Of a stretch of DNA of 64,000 nt, positions 9,693 to 19,566 are shown piece by piece. Made by a program: the position numbers and the translations under genes. Numbering within the stretch: position 1 is the first letter of the stretch; every line of letters begins with the position of its first letter. The notes under the pieces are model-generated. The model saw only the letters and a list, made by a program, of their open reading frames with translations, did not search any database and had not been told where the DNA came from. Origin of the DNA: an uncultured delta proteobacterium (lineage in GTDB: Bacteria; Desulfobacterota; WTBG01; JAGOGO01); assembly GCA_963727835.1 (NCBI GenBank), contig CAVSIB010000055.1, positions 439 through 64,438 on the forward strand, given 5' to 3'.

Positions 9693-11141
9693 TCAGCCTA
9701 TCAGCCACTTAATCGAATCAAGGGCTCGTTCCAGATAAAAGGTTGGAGCAACTCCCATCTGGATGGTTCCGGCTAAGGTAATGATCAGCACGATCGTGAT
9801 CGGGAGGGAATATTCGAGAGCCACCTCTTTAATCGGCTCTTTCATATACATAATCACGGTAACCCGGAAGTAGTAAAAAACCGAAATCAGGCTGTTCATC
9901 ACTCCGATGATGGTAAGCCATATATAGCCGGATTTAATCGCCGCACTAAAAATATAAAACTTCCCCATAAAGCCAGCTAACGGGGGAATCCCGGCTAAAG
10001 AAAAAAGGAAGATCGCCATTGCTGCGCCTAAAAACGGGTATCTAAATCCAAGTCCAGCATAATCTGCAATCTCAACATTAGCTTCTTCCTTCTGTCCATA
10101 GAAAACCACAATGCCGAAAGCGCCCAGATTCATAAACGCGTAGGCCCCTAAATAGTAGAGCACGGCTGACCAGCCAACGCTCCCACCGGCAATGATGCCC
10201 ACGAGAATATACCCGGCATGCGCGATACTGGAGTAGGCAAGCATCCTTTTGATATTCGTCTGAGATAACGCCACGACATTCCCCACGGTCATAGTGATAA
10301 CCGCCAGCACCCACAGCACATCTTTCCACTGAAAGTCAAGAAGGGGTAATGCTCCTCCAAAAATTCTCAAAAACGCGGCAAAAGCCGCGGCTTTGACTCC
10401 CACAGCCATAAAAGCGGTAATCGCAGTCGGCGCTCCTTCGTACACATCCGGGGTCCAAGAGTGAAACGGTACTAACGCTAATTTAAAACCCAGACCAACC
10501 AGAAGAAGTCCAACCCCTAAAAGCAAAAGCGGATTTGTTCCTAAATTTTTAAGGGCAATATACTGGGCAATTCCCTCAATCCGCGTTGTCCCGGTTGCCC
10601 CGTAAACCAGAGCGATCCCATAGAGCAAGAAAGCCGCAGCAAACGCTCCCAGCAGGAAATACTTAAATGCCGCCTCCGCACTTTGTTCCACCCACTTTCG
10701 ATAACCCACTAAAACATAGATGGCTATTGAAAGGGTCTCCAAACCGAGAAAAATTATGATCAGATCAAGCCCCTTAACCATAAGCAGCATCCCTATGGTA
10801 GCAAGGAGCACCAAAGTATGGTATCCCCCCACGTCCATACTTCCCTCCCGAAGGGCCTGCATGGACATCAGGGTAACGATAAGGCCCACGCCTACTATAA
10901 GAACCGTTAAAAATCGAGTAAAACTATCATTGATAATCATCCCCCCAAAAGCTTTTTTCACACCCCCCTCATCCACCAGCACAAACACTAACGCAAATAC
11001 CATCCCGAGCACTGCAAGGTATCCGAGGCTGTCTTTCTTTTTTCCTTTAATCACGAGATCCAAAAAAATCACCATTACCGCGGTGCCGAAGAGTATTAGT
11101 TCTGGTCCGATTGAAGTCCAGTTTACATCTGGTATCGTCAT
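9693..11141 (-). CDS. nuoN: NADH-quinone oxidoreductase subunit N
   Basis: EAAFKYFLLG, FKLALVPFHSWTPDVYEGAP and KRMLAYSSIAHAGY motifs. ATG at 11141 follows a GGAG RBS. Confidence 0.96.
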   Translation of the reverse strand: MTIPDVNWTSIGPELILFGTAVMVIFLDLVIKGKKKDSLGYLAVLGMVFALVFVLVDEGGVKKAFGGMIINDSFTRFLTVLIVGVGLIVTLMSMQALREGSMDVGGYHTLVLLATIGMLLMVKGLDLIIIFLGLETLSIAIYVLVGYRKWVEQSAEAAFKYFLLGAFAAAFLLYGIALVYGATGTTRIEGIAQYIALKNLGTNPLLLLGVGLLLVGLGFKLALVPFHSWTPDVYEGAPTAITAFMAVGVKAAAFAAFLRIFGGALPLLDFQWKDVLWVLAVITMTVGNVVALSQTNIKRMLAYSSIAHAGYILVGIIAGGSVGWSAVLYYLGAYAFMNLGAFGIVVFYGQKEEANVEIADYAGLGFRYPFLGAAMAIFLFSLAGIPPLAGFMGKFYIFSAAIKSGYIWLTIIGVMNSLISVFYYFRVTVIMYMKEPIKEVALEYSLPITIVLIITLAGTIQMGVAPTFYLERALDSIKWLIG

Positions 11142-11142
11142 T

Positions 11143-12726
11143 CTATGCTCCTTGTTCTCCCCGGCTTTCAATCACCTTAAAAGCCTTGAAAGACACTTTT
11201 CCCTCCTGAACGGGGTTTTTCACGTTCACCCTTTGTTCTACCCTTTTTATCATTCCGTTAACAGTTGCTTCCATGGGTTTAAGAAATGGTTTGGGATAAA
11301 CGCCAATCCAGATAATAAAAATTACCAAAGGTATTAAAACTATAAGTTCCCGTTTAGTTAAATCAGGGAGATTTTTATTTTTCGGATTCGTCACCTCGCC
11401 AAACATAACGCGCTGAAACATCCACAACATGTAAACCGCAGCGAGGATGACGCCGGTTGCGGCAAACACCACGAATATCACGTTCGTAAACTGAGAACGG
11501 AACGCTCCCAAAAGAATCAAAAATTCACCCACAAAACCATTGAGACCAGGAAGCCCGATGGAAGAAAGGGTAACAATCATGAAAAGAGTAGCATATACGG
11601 GCATCGCCTTTGATAACCCTCCGAATTCCGCGATCAACCGGGTATGTCTGCGCTCGTAGAGCATCCCCACGATGAGAAACAAGGCTCCGGTCGAAAGTCC
11701 ATGGTTGATCATCTGCAGGATTCCGCCCTGAATCCCCTGGAGGTTCAAGGTAAAAAGACCGAGCATCACAAACCCCAAATGGCTTACGGAAGAAAAGGCA
11801 ACTAACCGCTTTAGGTCCGTTTGAACCATGGCCACCAAAGCCCCATAAATAATTCCCACCACTGCCAGGAACGATATCACCGGCACAAAACTCACGAAAG
11901 CTTCAGGAAAAAGCGGCAAATTATAGCGGAGGAAACCATAGGTTCCCATCTTCAAAAGAACCGCCGCAAGGAGCACGCTGCCAACAGTTGGCGCCTCTGT
12001 ATGCGCATCCGGTAGCCAAGTATGAAAAGGAAACATCGGAACCTTGATGGCAAAGGCAAGTCCAAAAGCCAGAAAAAGCCAGGTCTGCACCGAGTGGGGA
12101 ATCGCCAACGCATACCATTTTAAAAGATCAAAGGTGTATTCCCCGGTAACGTTCGCGTGATAAAAGTAAATATAGAGAATTGCCACAAGCATGAGCAAGC
12201 TTCCCACCATGGTGAAAAGCACAAACTTTATGGCCGCATAAATCCTGCGCGCGGGATTACCCCACACCCCGATAATAAAGTACATCGGCACCAACATTAA
12301 TTCCCAGAAAACATAAAAAAGAAAAACATCCAGGGATACAAAAACCCCCACCATCCCCGTCTCCATAAGGAGAATACAAACGAGGAACTCTTTGACATGC
12401 TGCTTAATATCTTCCCAGCAGGCTAACACGGCGATACAGGATAAAAAGGTAGTCAGCAGTACCAGCCAGAGGCTGAGTCCATCGAGTCCCACCCGATAAG
12501 CAATCCCCAAGCGCGGTATCCAGGAGAGATATTCGGTAAACTGCATCCCACCGTTTTCCACCTGAAACATAAAAAATAAGGGCAGTGAAAGAACAAACTC
12601 GACCAACGTGATAAAAAGGGCGAACCCTTTTAAAAGCTTTTCTTTCGTGTGGTCAAGGAAAAAAAGCCCAACCACACCGATCAAGGGTAAAAATATTAAA
12701 TAGCTGAGGATCGGATACTCCATCAA
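11143..12726 (-). CDS. nuoM: NADH-quinone oxidoreductase subunit M
   Basis: FYVFWELMLVP, AIKVPMFPFHTWLPDAHTEAPT and LKMGTYG motifs. Confidence 0.97.
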   Translation of the reverse strand: MMEYPILSYLIFLPLIGVVGLFFLDHTKEKLLKGFALFITLVEFVLSLPLFFMFQVENGGMQFTEYLSWIPRLGIAYRVGLDGLSLWLVLLTTFLSCIAVLACWEDIKQHVKEFLVCILLMETGMVGVFVSLDVFLFYVFWELMLVPMYFIIGVWGNPARRIYAAIKFVLFTMVGSLLMLVAILYIYFYHANVTGEYTFDLLKWYALAIPHSVQTWLFLAFGLAFAIKVPMFPFHTWLPDAHTEAPTVGSVLLAAVLLKMGTYGFLRYNLPLFPEAFVSFVPVISFLAVVGIIYGALVAMVQTDLKRLVAFSSVSHLGFVMLGLFTLNLQGIQGGILQMINHGLSTGALFLIVGMLYERRHTRLIAEFGGLSKAMPVYATLFMIVTLSSIGLPGLNGFVGEFLILLGAFRSQFTNVIFVVFAATGVILAAVYMLWMFQRVMFGEVTNPKNKNLPDLTKRELIVLIPLVIFIIWIGVYPKPFLKPMEATVNGMIKRVEQRVNVKNPVQEGKVSFKAFKVIESRGEQGA

Positions 12727-12732
12727 TTCTCC

Positions 12733-14703
12733 TTAGCGGAAAAGGTAGTATGCGATAAGCAGTACTGTTCCCACCAACATCCAAATTGCATAGTTTTGGA
12801 CATAACCCGTTTGAAGCCGCTTAAGAATGGCGCTTAAACCAGTACACAACCTGCCGGCTCCATTAGCGGTTCCATCAATAACGTTTTCGTCAACTGAGTG
12901 CCACAGCCATTCAGAGACACGGCGAATAGGCTGCACAAAAATTGCATTATAAATTTCGTCCATATAATATTTATTGAAAATGATTCGATAAGGGGTTTTA
13001 AACGTACCCGCAATTTTTCCCGGGGCCTCCGGATTTTTCAGGTAAAGATAATAAGCGAGGCTAATACCCACAATCGCCACTCCAAAGGAAACTCCCATAA
13101 GCGCCCATTCAAGCGAAAGTTCCTCTCCATGCGCAAAAGCTTCGGCCGCCTGAGCAAGACCGACCAAGCTCAACCCGCCGGCCTGATGATGAACAGCAAC
13201 CGGAACCGCGCTTTTAAACACCGGCGCTAAAAACTCTCGAAACCATTCTCCGCCTCCCAAGGAGGGAGGAATACCGATCCAACCCCCAACCAGTGATAGC
13301 ACGGCTAATACTGCCAGAGGTAAAATCATCACCGGGGGAGATTCATGCACGTGATTTGCCACATGCTCATCGAGCCTCGGCTTGCCGTAAAAAGCCATAA
13401 ATACCGCGCGAAACATATACAGAGCTGTGAGCAACGCGGTGATTGCGCCCACCAGCCATAACCAGGAATTCTTCTGGAATGCTCCCCACAGGATTGCATC
13501 CTTGCTGAAAAAACCGGCCAGCGGAGCTATACCGGCAATCGCGAGGGTTCCGATCAAAAAGGTTGAATGGGTCCAGGGAAGCTGTTTTCTCAATCCTCCC
13601 ATCTTTCGGATATCAAGCTCTCCGGACAAAGCATGCATCACGCTCCCGGCGCCAAGAAAAAGAAGGGCTTTAAAAAACGCATGGGTCATAAGGTGAAAAA
13701 TCCCTGCCGCAAATGCCCCCGCACCGCAGGCCAGAAACATATAACCGAGCTGGCTTATCGTTGAATACGCGAGCACCCGTTTAATGTCAAACTGGGTAAG
13801 TCCCATAGTAGCAGCATAGAGCGCTGTTCCCACTCCCACTATCGCCACTACCCACAGAGATAGGGGAGCCAAAACATAGAGAGCATTGCATCGCGCTACC
13901 ATATAAACGCCGGCAGTAACCATGGTGGCAGCATGAATCAGAGCGCTGACAGGGGTGGGGCCTTCCATGGCGTCGGGGAGCCATACGTAAAGCGGAAACT
14001 GAGCGGATTTTCCACACGCTCCTATAAAAAGAAGAAGGGTAATCATGGTAGCCGTAATTCCGCCATAGGGAAGATAGTGATGAGCAACCGGAAATACTTT
14101 TAAAAAGTCGAGGCTTCCGAAAGTTACAAAAATGAGCATCATGCCCAATAAAAATCCATAGTCCCCAACCCGGTTAACAACAAAAGCCTTTTTACCCGCG
14201 TCCGCAGGAGCCTGACGCTGGTACCAGAATCCGATCAGAAGATAAGAGCAGAGACCCACTCCTTCCCAACCCACAAACATCAGGAGGAAACTGTTGGCAG
14301 AAACCAGCATAAGCATAAAAAAGACAAAGAGGTTGAGATAAACAAAGTAACGTCTAAACCCTTCATCCTCATGCATATACCCGATCGAATAAACGTGAAT
14401 AAGGAAAGATACCCCGCTTACGGTAAGGAGCATCACCATAGAAAGCGGATCAACCAGGAATCCGAGGTTGACCACGAAATCTCCGCTCGGAATCCACTGA
14501 CACAGGATCACTTCTTTGACGCGTTCGGCGGCGGGAAGTTGAATAAGCTCATAAAAAACCCCGCAGGATACCAGAAAGGAACCACACACCGTAAGCGAGC
14601 CGATGGTTCCGGTGAGCCATTTGGGAAACCGTATTCCCACCAGTCCGTTAATCAAGACTCCGCACAAAGGCAAAAATGGAACTAACCAGATGAGGTCCAG
14701 CAT
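12733..14703 (-). CDS. nuoL: NADH-quinone oxidoreductase subunit L
   Basis: GWEGVGLCSYLLIGFW, GKSAQFPLYVWLPDAMEGPTPVSALIHAATMV and HAFFKALLFLGAG motifs. Confidence 0.97.
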   Translation of the reverse strand: MLDLIWLVPFLPLCGVLINGLVGIRFPKWLTGTIGSLTVCGSFLVSCGVFYELIQLPAAERVKEVILCQWIPSGDFVVNLGFLVDPLSMVMLLTVSGVSFLIHVYSIGYMHEDEGFRRYFVYLNLFVFFMLMLVSANSFLLMFVGWEGVGLCSYLLIGFWYQRQAPADAGKKAFVVNRVGDYGFLLGMMLIFVTFGSLDFLKVFPVAHHYLPYGGITATMITLLLFIGACGKSAQFPLYVWLPDAMEGPTPVSALIHAATMVTAGVYMVARCNALYVLAPLSLWVVAIVGVGTALYAATMGLTQFDIKRVLAYSTISQLGYMFLACGAGAFAAGIFHLMTHAFFKALLFLGAGSVMHALSGELDIRKMGGLRKQLPWTHSTFLIGTLAIAGIAPLAGFFSKDAILWGAFQKNSWLWLVGAITALLTALYMFRAVFMAFYGKPRLDEHVANHVHESPPVMILPLAVLAVLSLVGGWIGIPPSLGGGEWFREFLAPVFKSAVPVAVHHQAGGLSLVGLAQAAEAFAHGEELSLEWALMGVSFGVAIVGISLAYYLYLKNPEAPGKIAGTFKTPYRIIFNKYYMDEIYNAIFVQPIRRVSEWLWHSVDENVIDGTANGAGRLCTGLSAILKRLQTGYVQNYAIWMLVGTVLLIAYYLFR

Positions 14704-14717
14704 AATACCTTACTTTC

Positions 14718-15020
14718 TTACCATTTAAGTAAATTTATCTCATCAACATTGATGGTTCCCTTAGTCCGGAAGATGCTGATAATGATCGCAAGACCCACTG
14801 CTGCTTCTGCTGCCGCCACCGTCATCACCAAAAGGACAATTACCTGGCCATCCAAAGACGATAAACTCCGGGCTATGGCCACAAAACTTAAGTTTACGGC
14901 ATTAAGCATAAGCTCAATGCACATAAATATCACGATCGCATTTCGCCTTATCACAACCCCAAGCACTCCGAGCGTAAACAGGATCACACTCAAACCCAAA
15001 TAGTGGGATAAAGGAATCAT
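14718..15020 (-). CDS. nuoK: NADH-quinone oxidoreductase subunit K
   Basis: [10 protein letters not shown] and [11 protein letters not shown] motifs; 100 aa. Confidence 0.97.
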   Translation of the reverse strand: MIPLSHYLGLSVILFTLGVLGVVIRRNAIVIFMCIELMLNAVNLSFVAIARSLSSLDGQVIVLLVMTVAAAEAAVGLAIIISIFRTKGTINVDEINLLKW

Positions 15021-15023
15021 GGA

Positions 15024-15545
15024 TTATTTCTCCTCTTTCCGTTTGGCTAAGATAACTGCTCCAACAATCGCGGCCAGAAGAAGGACTGAGGTAACTTCAA
15101 AGGGGAGCAGATAATCAGTAAAAAGCTTTTCCGCCAATGCCTGGGTATTTCCCCCGGCCAGGGCATTCAATGTCTCGATGCTCTTCTCTCCGGCCTTCCC
15201 TGGCAACAGGTCAACCATGACGGTCACGCCAATTCCCACCAGCAGCGCAATCCCCAAAAGAACTCCCACCACTCTCTGGGTCCGATGTTTGGAGAGTAGC
15301 TCCTCCGCCCGATCAACCCTGAGAAGCATAATCACAAACAGGAAGAGGACCATAATCGCTCCGGCATAGACAATAACTTGAATCGCCGCGACAAATTCGG
15401 CTTGTAAAAGCACATAAAGGGCGCCAAAACAGAAAAAAACCAGCACTAACCACAGGGCACTGTGAATCGCGTTGCGTCCCATCACCACCCTCACGGCGGC
15501 AATGATCGTAACCAAGGCAATAATGTAAAAAATAATTCCTTCCAT
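15024..15545 (-). CDS. nuoJ: NADH-quinone oxidoreductase subunit J
   Basis: AEFVAAIQVIVYAGAIMVLFLFVIML and YLLPFEVTSVLLL motifs. Confidence 0.96.
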   Translation of the reverse strand: MEGIIFYIIALVTIIAAVRVVMGRNAIHSALWLVLVFFCFGALYVLLQAEFVAAIQVIVYAGAIMVLFLFVIMLLRVDRAEELLSKHRTQRVVGVLLGIALLVGIGVTVMVDLLPGKAGEKSIETLNALAGGNTQALAEKLFTDYLLPFEVTSVLLLAAIVGAVILAKRKEEK

Positions 15546-15554
15546 TTTCTTAAC

Positions 15555-15980
15555 TCATTTTCCGACTTTTATCAGCCGCTCCTTGTCATACGTTAAATCT
15601 TCCCGCCGGTATTCTGCCAGCTCATACGACCGGCTCATAATGATTGCCGCCTTGGGGCAGGCTTCCACACAATAACCGCAAAAAATACATTTTCCCATAT
15701 CAATTTCAAAAGTGATCGGATACTTTTCGTGCTCATTTCCTTCCCCGGCTTCGAGGGTAATCACCTGGGCCGGACAAACCGTCGCACACAGCGAGCAGGC
15801 AACGCACTTCTCCTTCCCTTTTTCATCCAGCCGTAAAATATGGGAACCCCGGTAGCGTAAATACGGCTCCCGCATTTCCTCCGGGTATTTCATCGTGACC
15901 GGACGGGTAAAGAAAAATTTAAAGGGAACGCTCAACCCTTTTATAAGTGCCCAAATTCCTTTTATCGTTGCTCCGATCAT
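15555..15980 (-). CDS. nuoI: NADH-quinone oxidoreductase subunit I
   Basis: Two 4Fe-4S motifs, CVACSLCATVCP and CIFCGYCVEACP. Confidence 0.96.
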   Translation of the reverse strand: MIGATIKGIWALIKGLSVPFKFFFTRPVTMKYPEEMREPYLRYRGSHILRLDEKGKEKCVACSLCATVCPAQVITLEAGEGNEHEKYPITFEIDMGKCIFCGYCVEACPKAAIIMSRSYELAEYRREDLTYDKERLIKVGK

Positions 15981-15989
15981 GCTTTTTCT

Positions 15990-16985
15990 CTATCTAATCA
16001 TCACGACTGCGGTTACCGCAATGTTGATAATGCTCAACGGGAAAAGAACCTTCCAACCAAATTGCATCAACTGGTCATACCGGAAACGGGGAAAGGTTGC
16101 CCGGAGCCAGATAAAAATAAAACTGAAAATAAAAACTTTAATGCCAAACCAGATGGGGCCGCACCATGCGGGACAGGAAATAAAACCTGGTCCCAGCCAG
16201 CCCCCAAAGAAAAGCGTTACGATCAAAGCGCTCATAAGAATAACGCTTGCGTATTCGGCCATAAAGAAAAGCGCAAATTTCATACTTGAATATTCAACGT
16301 GAAATCCCGCCACCAGCTCACCTTCCGCTTCCGGAAGATCAAAAGGAGTGCGGTTGCATTCAGCCACCGCACAGATAAAGAAAATTAAAAAACCGATAAA
16401 CTGAGGCAAGAAAAACCAGCCCTGGGTTCCCTGTGCCTGCACAATTTTAACTAAACTTAAGCTTTCCGACTGCATCAAAACCCCGATCGTCGCAAGACCC
16501 AACGGAAGCTCATAACTTACCATCTGCGCTGCTGAGCGCAAACCTCCCATTAAGGCATATTTGTTGTTCGACGACCACCCTGCCAGCACAATCCCATAAA
16601 CCCCCAAAGAAGACAAGGCAAAGATATAGAGAAGTCCGATATTGATATCAGCGATCCGTAATGGTATATCATGGCTAAAAATCTTAACTGAATCTCCAAA
16701 CGGAATGACGGCCACCGTTAAAAGCGCGGTTGAGATAATAATAAACGGGGCTAAGTGGTATACCACCTTGTCCGCAGCAGTAACAATCACATCTTCTTTG
16801 AAAAAGAGCTTTATTCCGTCAGCGATCGGCTGTAATAACCCGTTTATCCCTACCCGATGGGGACCGAGCCGGCTTTGCATATGTCCCAGCACCTTCCGTT
16901 CCAGCCAAGTCATGTACGCCACCGTTAAAAGCAGGGCGGCAAATACAATCACAATTTTTAGTAACATAAATAATAATTCAACCAT
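15990..16985 (-). CDS. nuoH: NADH-quinone oxidoreductase subunit H
   Basis: ERKVLGHMQSRLGP, QPIADGIKLFFKE and RTPFDLPEAEGELVAGFHVEYS motifs. Confidence 0.97.
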   Translation of the reverse strand: MVELLFMLLKIVIVFAALLLTVAYMTWLERKVLGHMQSRLGPHRVGINGLLQPIADGIKLFFKEDVIVTAADKVVYHLAPFIIISTALLTVAVIPFGDSVKIFSHDIPLRIADINIGLLYIFALSSLGVYGIVLAGWSSNNKYALMGGLRSAAQMVSYELPLGLATIGVLMQSESLSLVKIVQAQGTQGWFFLPQFIGFLIFFICAVAECNRTPFDLPEAEGELVAGFHVEYSSMKFALFFMAEYASVILMSALIVTLFFGGWLGPGFISCPAWCGPIWFGIKVFIFSFIFIWLRATFPRFRYDQLMQFGWKVLFPLSIINIAVTAVVMIR

Positions 16986-19566
16986 TTCCTAACCCCTTGG
17001 TGATCTCTACCGGGCAATAGTTCTGATTGGCGATCAACTGGTTCACTTTAGCGTCACGAAAATTATTAGGGACAAAAACTACTCCCCGAGGAACAGCGGA
17101 ACTCACTTTAACCGAAGCACTCACCGCTTTGCCTGACGAGGAAATCGTTACTTGATCTCCTTCGTTTACCCCCAGCGTTTCGACATCCTCATGATTTATT
17201 TCCACCCACGCTTTGCCTCCAAGAACAGTAAGTCCTGAATTGGTCGAGAGCGTACCGGAATGAAAGAACGCGGTCCCGGTTATTAAGGTAAAATTTCCTG
17301 GTTTGGGCTTTTCCACTTTGTTGAGAGAAAAAGAAACGAAGGAAGGAGTACCATCTGTGCTTGACCACTGTATCCCCTTCCTTCCCAAAAGTTCATAGGC
17401 AACCCCTTTATACTGCGGCACTAAAGAAGCAATCTCTCCCATGATCGCTCTCGGATGAGAATAATCCATAGGATAGCCAATTCCGTGAGAGAGTTTTTGG
17501 ATGATTACCCAATCCGGCAAGGCGCTCCGATACGGCAAAATCCCCGTAGAAAATTTTTGCACCCGCCGTTCACCGTTAGTAAACGTCCCTTCTTTTTCCG
17601 CAAAGGTTACTGCGGGAAAGACATAGTCAGCCTTGGACGCTACCTCAGAATAAAAAACATCTTGCACTGCCAGCCATTCCAGTTTACCCAACGCTTCTTC
17701 CCACTTGTCCGGAAAGGGAAAATCAATAAGTGGATCGCATCCCATGACATAAAGCGCTTTTATTTTTCCTTCAAGAATACCATGAAGAATTTCTTCTGCA
17801 TTTTTGCCCGGTTGTTTTGGTATCGGCCTGCCCCAAGCCTTTTCAAAGGATGCAGCTTTTTCCAGTCTCTGATAGCCAGGGAGGAGATCCGGCATCACGC
17901 CCATGTCGAGCATTCCCTGGACATTATTTTTGGCGATAATCGGAATGAGGCTCCGGTCTTTCTGGCTGATTGCGGCCGTCATAAGACCTAACGTGCCTAA
18001 GGAGGCGACCACCTCTTTGGCCTGCTGATGAGTAAAAACATCATACCCAAAAACGATACATCCGGTATCTTTCTTCCCTAAAATCGTGGCCACCTGATGA
18101 ATCTGTTCAATCGGAACACCAGTAAGATCAGCAAGTTCCTGAAGGGTTTTTGCTTCTAAAGATTTTTTAAGAATCGAAAACTGAGGAATCGTCTCGATCC
18201 GTTCTTTGTTTTCCAAACCTCGTTCCAAAACCGCTTTCATGATCCCCGCAACCAAAAGCAGTTCTGTTCCCGGATAATACCGCAGGTGCAGGTTGGCGAA
18301 TTTATCGAGCTTGGTTGTCCGAGGGTTCCCAACCACGAGCACGGCCCCGTGCAGACGCGCCATTCTCATGATCTTCAAGGCGGCGGGAGGACATTCCGCG
18401 CGCACATCAGCGCCGAGAACAAAAATGACTGGAGCTTTTTCCAGAGCATCAAATCCCTGAGGACTTGCAGGCAATCCTAGGGTTGCTCGCAACCCCCGCT
18501 CCAGGTTTCGGTAATTAAAATGAGCCGGGCTATCAATGTTGTTCGTGCCGATAGCGGCCCGGAAAAACTTCTGAAAAAGATAGTTATCCTCATTGGAAGC
18601 CCGAGGAGAGGCTAAGCCGGCAATGCTCTCCGGTCCTGAGGACTTAAGGATTTTCTTTAACTGCTCGGCAGCGCTCCCGAGAGCGTCTTCCCAGGTAACC
18701 GGTACCTGATCCTTGCGGCGCTTGATTAAAGGGGAATGGAGCCGGTTGTTGTTATTAATAAAACCAAAGCCAAAATTGCCCCGGCCGCAAAGGTTACCTT
18801 GGTTATGTGTGTCTTCGTAAGAAGAGGTGATCCGTAACACCTTGTTTTTGCGCACATTCAGCTCAATCGCGCACCCGCCGCCACAATACGGGCAGACCGA
18901 AGGAGTTTTCTCTAATTCCCAAACCCGGGCTTTGTATTTAAAGGGGCGGTTGAGCAACGCGCCGACAGGGCAGTGAGCAATACATTGGCCACAAAACTCG
19001 CAGTTGAGCGGATATCCTCCCCGAGGGAGAATCTCCGCGTCATACCCGTGGTTCACCCATTCAATCGCCATTTCTCCCTGGATCTCATTACAAACACTCA
19101 CACAACGACCGCACCGGACACACCGGTTATTATTCCTTTCCACCAAGGGTGACAGGTAGTCAATGGTAAGAGAATTTGCCTCTACCTTATAGACTTCCTG
19201 ATCGAGCCCAAACTCAAAAGCTAAATCCTGAAGTCGGCATTCCCCGCCTTTGTCGCAGATCGGACAATCGAGCGGATGATTAACCAACATAAACTGGATG
19301 GCTTCCTTCCGCAGTGCAAGAAGTTTTTCTGACTGGGTGGTTACCTTCATATAGGATACTACCGGAGTATTGCAGGAGGTAACCGGTTTCTCGTATCCCT
19401 CGATTTCCACGAGACAAAGCCGGCAGGAACCGATGGGCAATAGTTTGGGGTGATAACAAAGAGTAGGGATTTCTATCCCCAGGGCTCTGGCGGCCGCCAA
19501 GATTGTGGTCTCCTTGGGGACCGAAATTTCTTTTCCGTCAATGGTTATGGTTACGTTGTCGTTCAT
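16978..19566 (-). CDS. sfrA: NuoG/SfrA-like Fe-S protein with a molybdopterin-oxidoreductase fold (no catalytic Cys)
   Basis: IPTLC...GSCRLC (2Fe-2S), HPLDCPICDKGGECRLQ, CVRCGRCVSVC, CEFCGQCIAHCP and CPYCGGGC...NLCGRG motifs. Recalled similarity to Geobacter SfrA over the whole length. ATG at 19566 overlaps the upstream stop. Confidence 0.85.
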   Translation of the reverse strand: MNDNVTITIDGKEISVPKETTILAAARALGIEIPTLCYHPKLLPIGSCRLCLVEIEGYEKPVTSCNTPVVSYMKVTTQSEKLLALRKEAIQFMLVNHPLDCPICDKGGECRLQDLAFEFGLDQEVYKVEANSLTIDYLSPLVERNNNRCVRCGRCVSVCNEIQGEMAIEWVNHGYDAEILPRGGYPLNCEFCGQCIAHCPVGALLNRPFKYKARVWELEKTPSVCPYCGGGCAIELNVRKNKVLRITSSYEDTHNQGNLCGRGNFGFGFINNNNRLHSPLIKRRKDQVPVTWEDALGSAAEQLKKILKSSGPESIAGLASPRASNEDNYLFQKFFRAAIGTNNIDSPAHFNYRNLERGLRATLGLPASPQGFDALEKAPVIFVLGADVRAECPPAALKIMRMARLHGAVLVVGNPRTTKLDKFANLHLRYYPGTELLLVAGIMKAVLERGLENKERIETIPQFSILKKSLEAKTLQELADLTGVPIEQIHQVATILGKKDTGCIVFGYDVFTHQQAKEVVASLGTLGLMTAAISQKDRSLIPIIAKNNVQGMLDMGVMPDLLPGYQRLEKAASFEKAWGRPIPKQPGKNAEEILHGILEGKIKALYVMGCDPLIDFPFPDKWEEALGKLEWLAVQDVFYSEVASKADYVFPAVTFAEKEGTFTNGERRVQKFSTGILPYRSALPDWVIIQKLSHGIGYPMDYSHPRAIMGEIASLVPQYKGVAYELLGRKGIQWSSTDGTPSFVSFSLNKVEKPKPGNFTLITGTAFFHSGTLSTNSGLTVLGGKAWVEINHEDVETLGVNEGDQVTISSSGKAVSASVKVSSAVPRGVVFVPNNFRDAKVNQLIANQNYCPVEITKGLGNG

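Noticed and set aside
16978-19566. Reading the NuoG-slot gene as a formate dehydrogenase alpha subunit
   Set aside because: The catalytic Cys/Sec-His position is replaced, and no in-frame TGA/SECIS is present.
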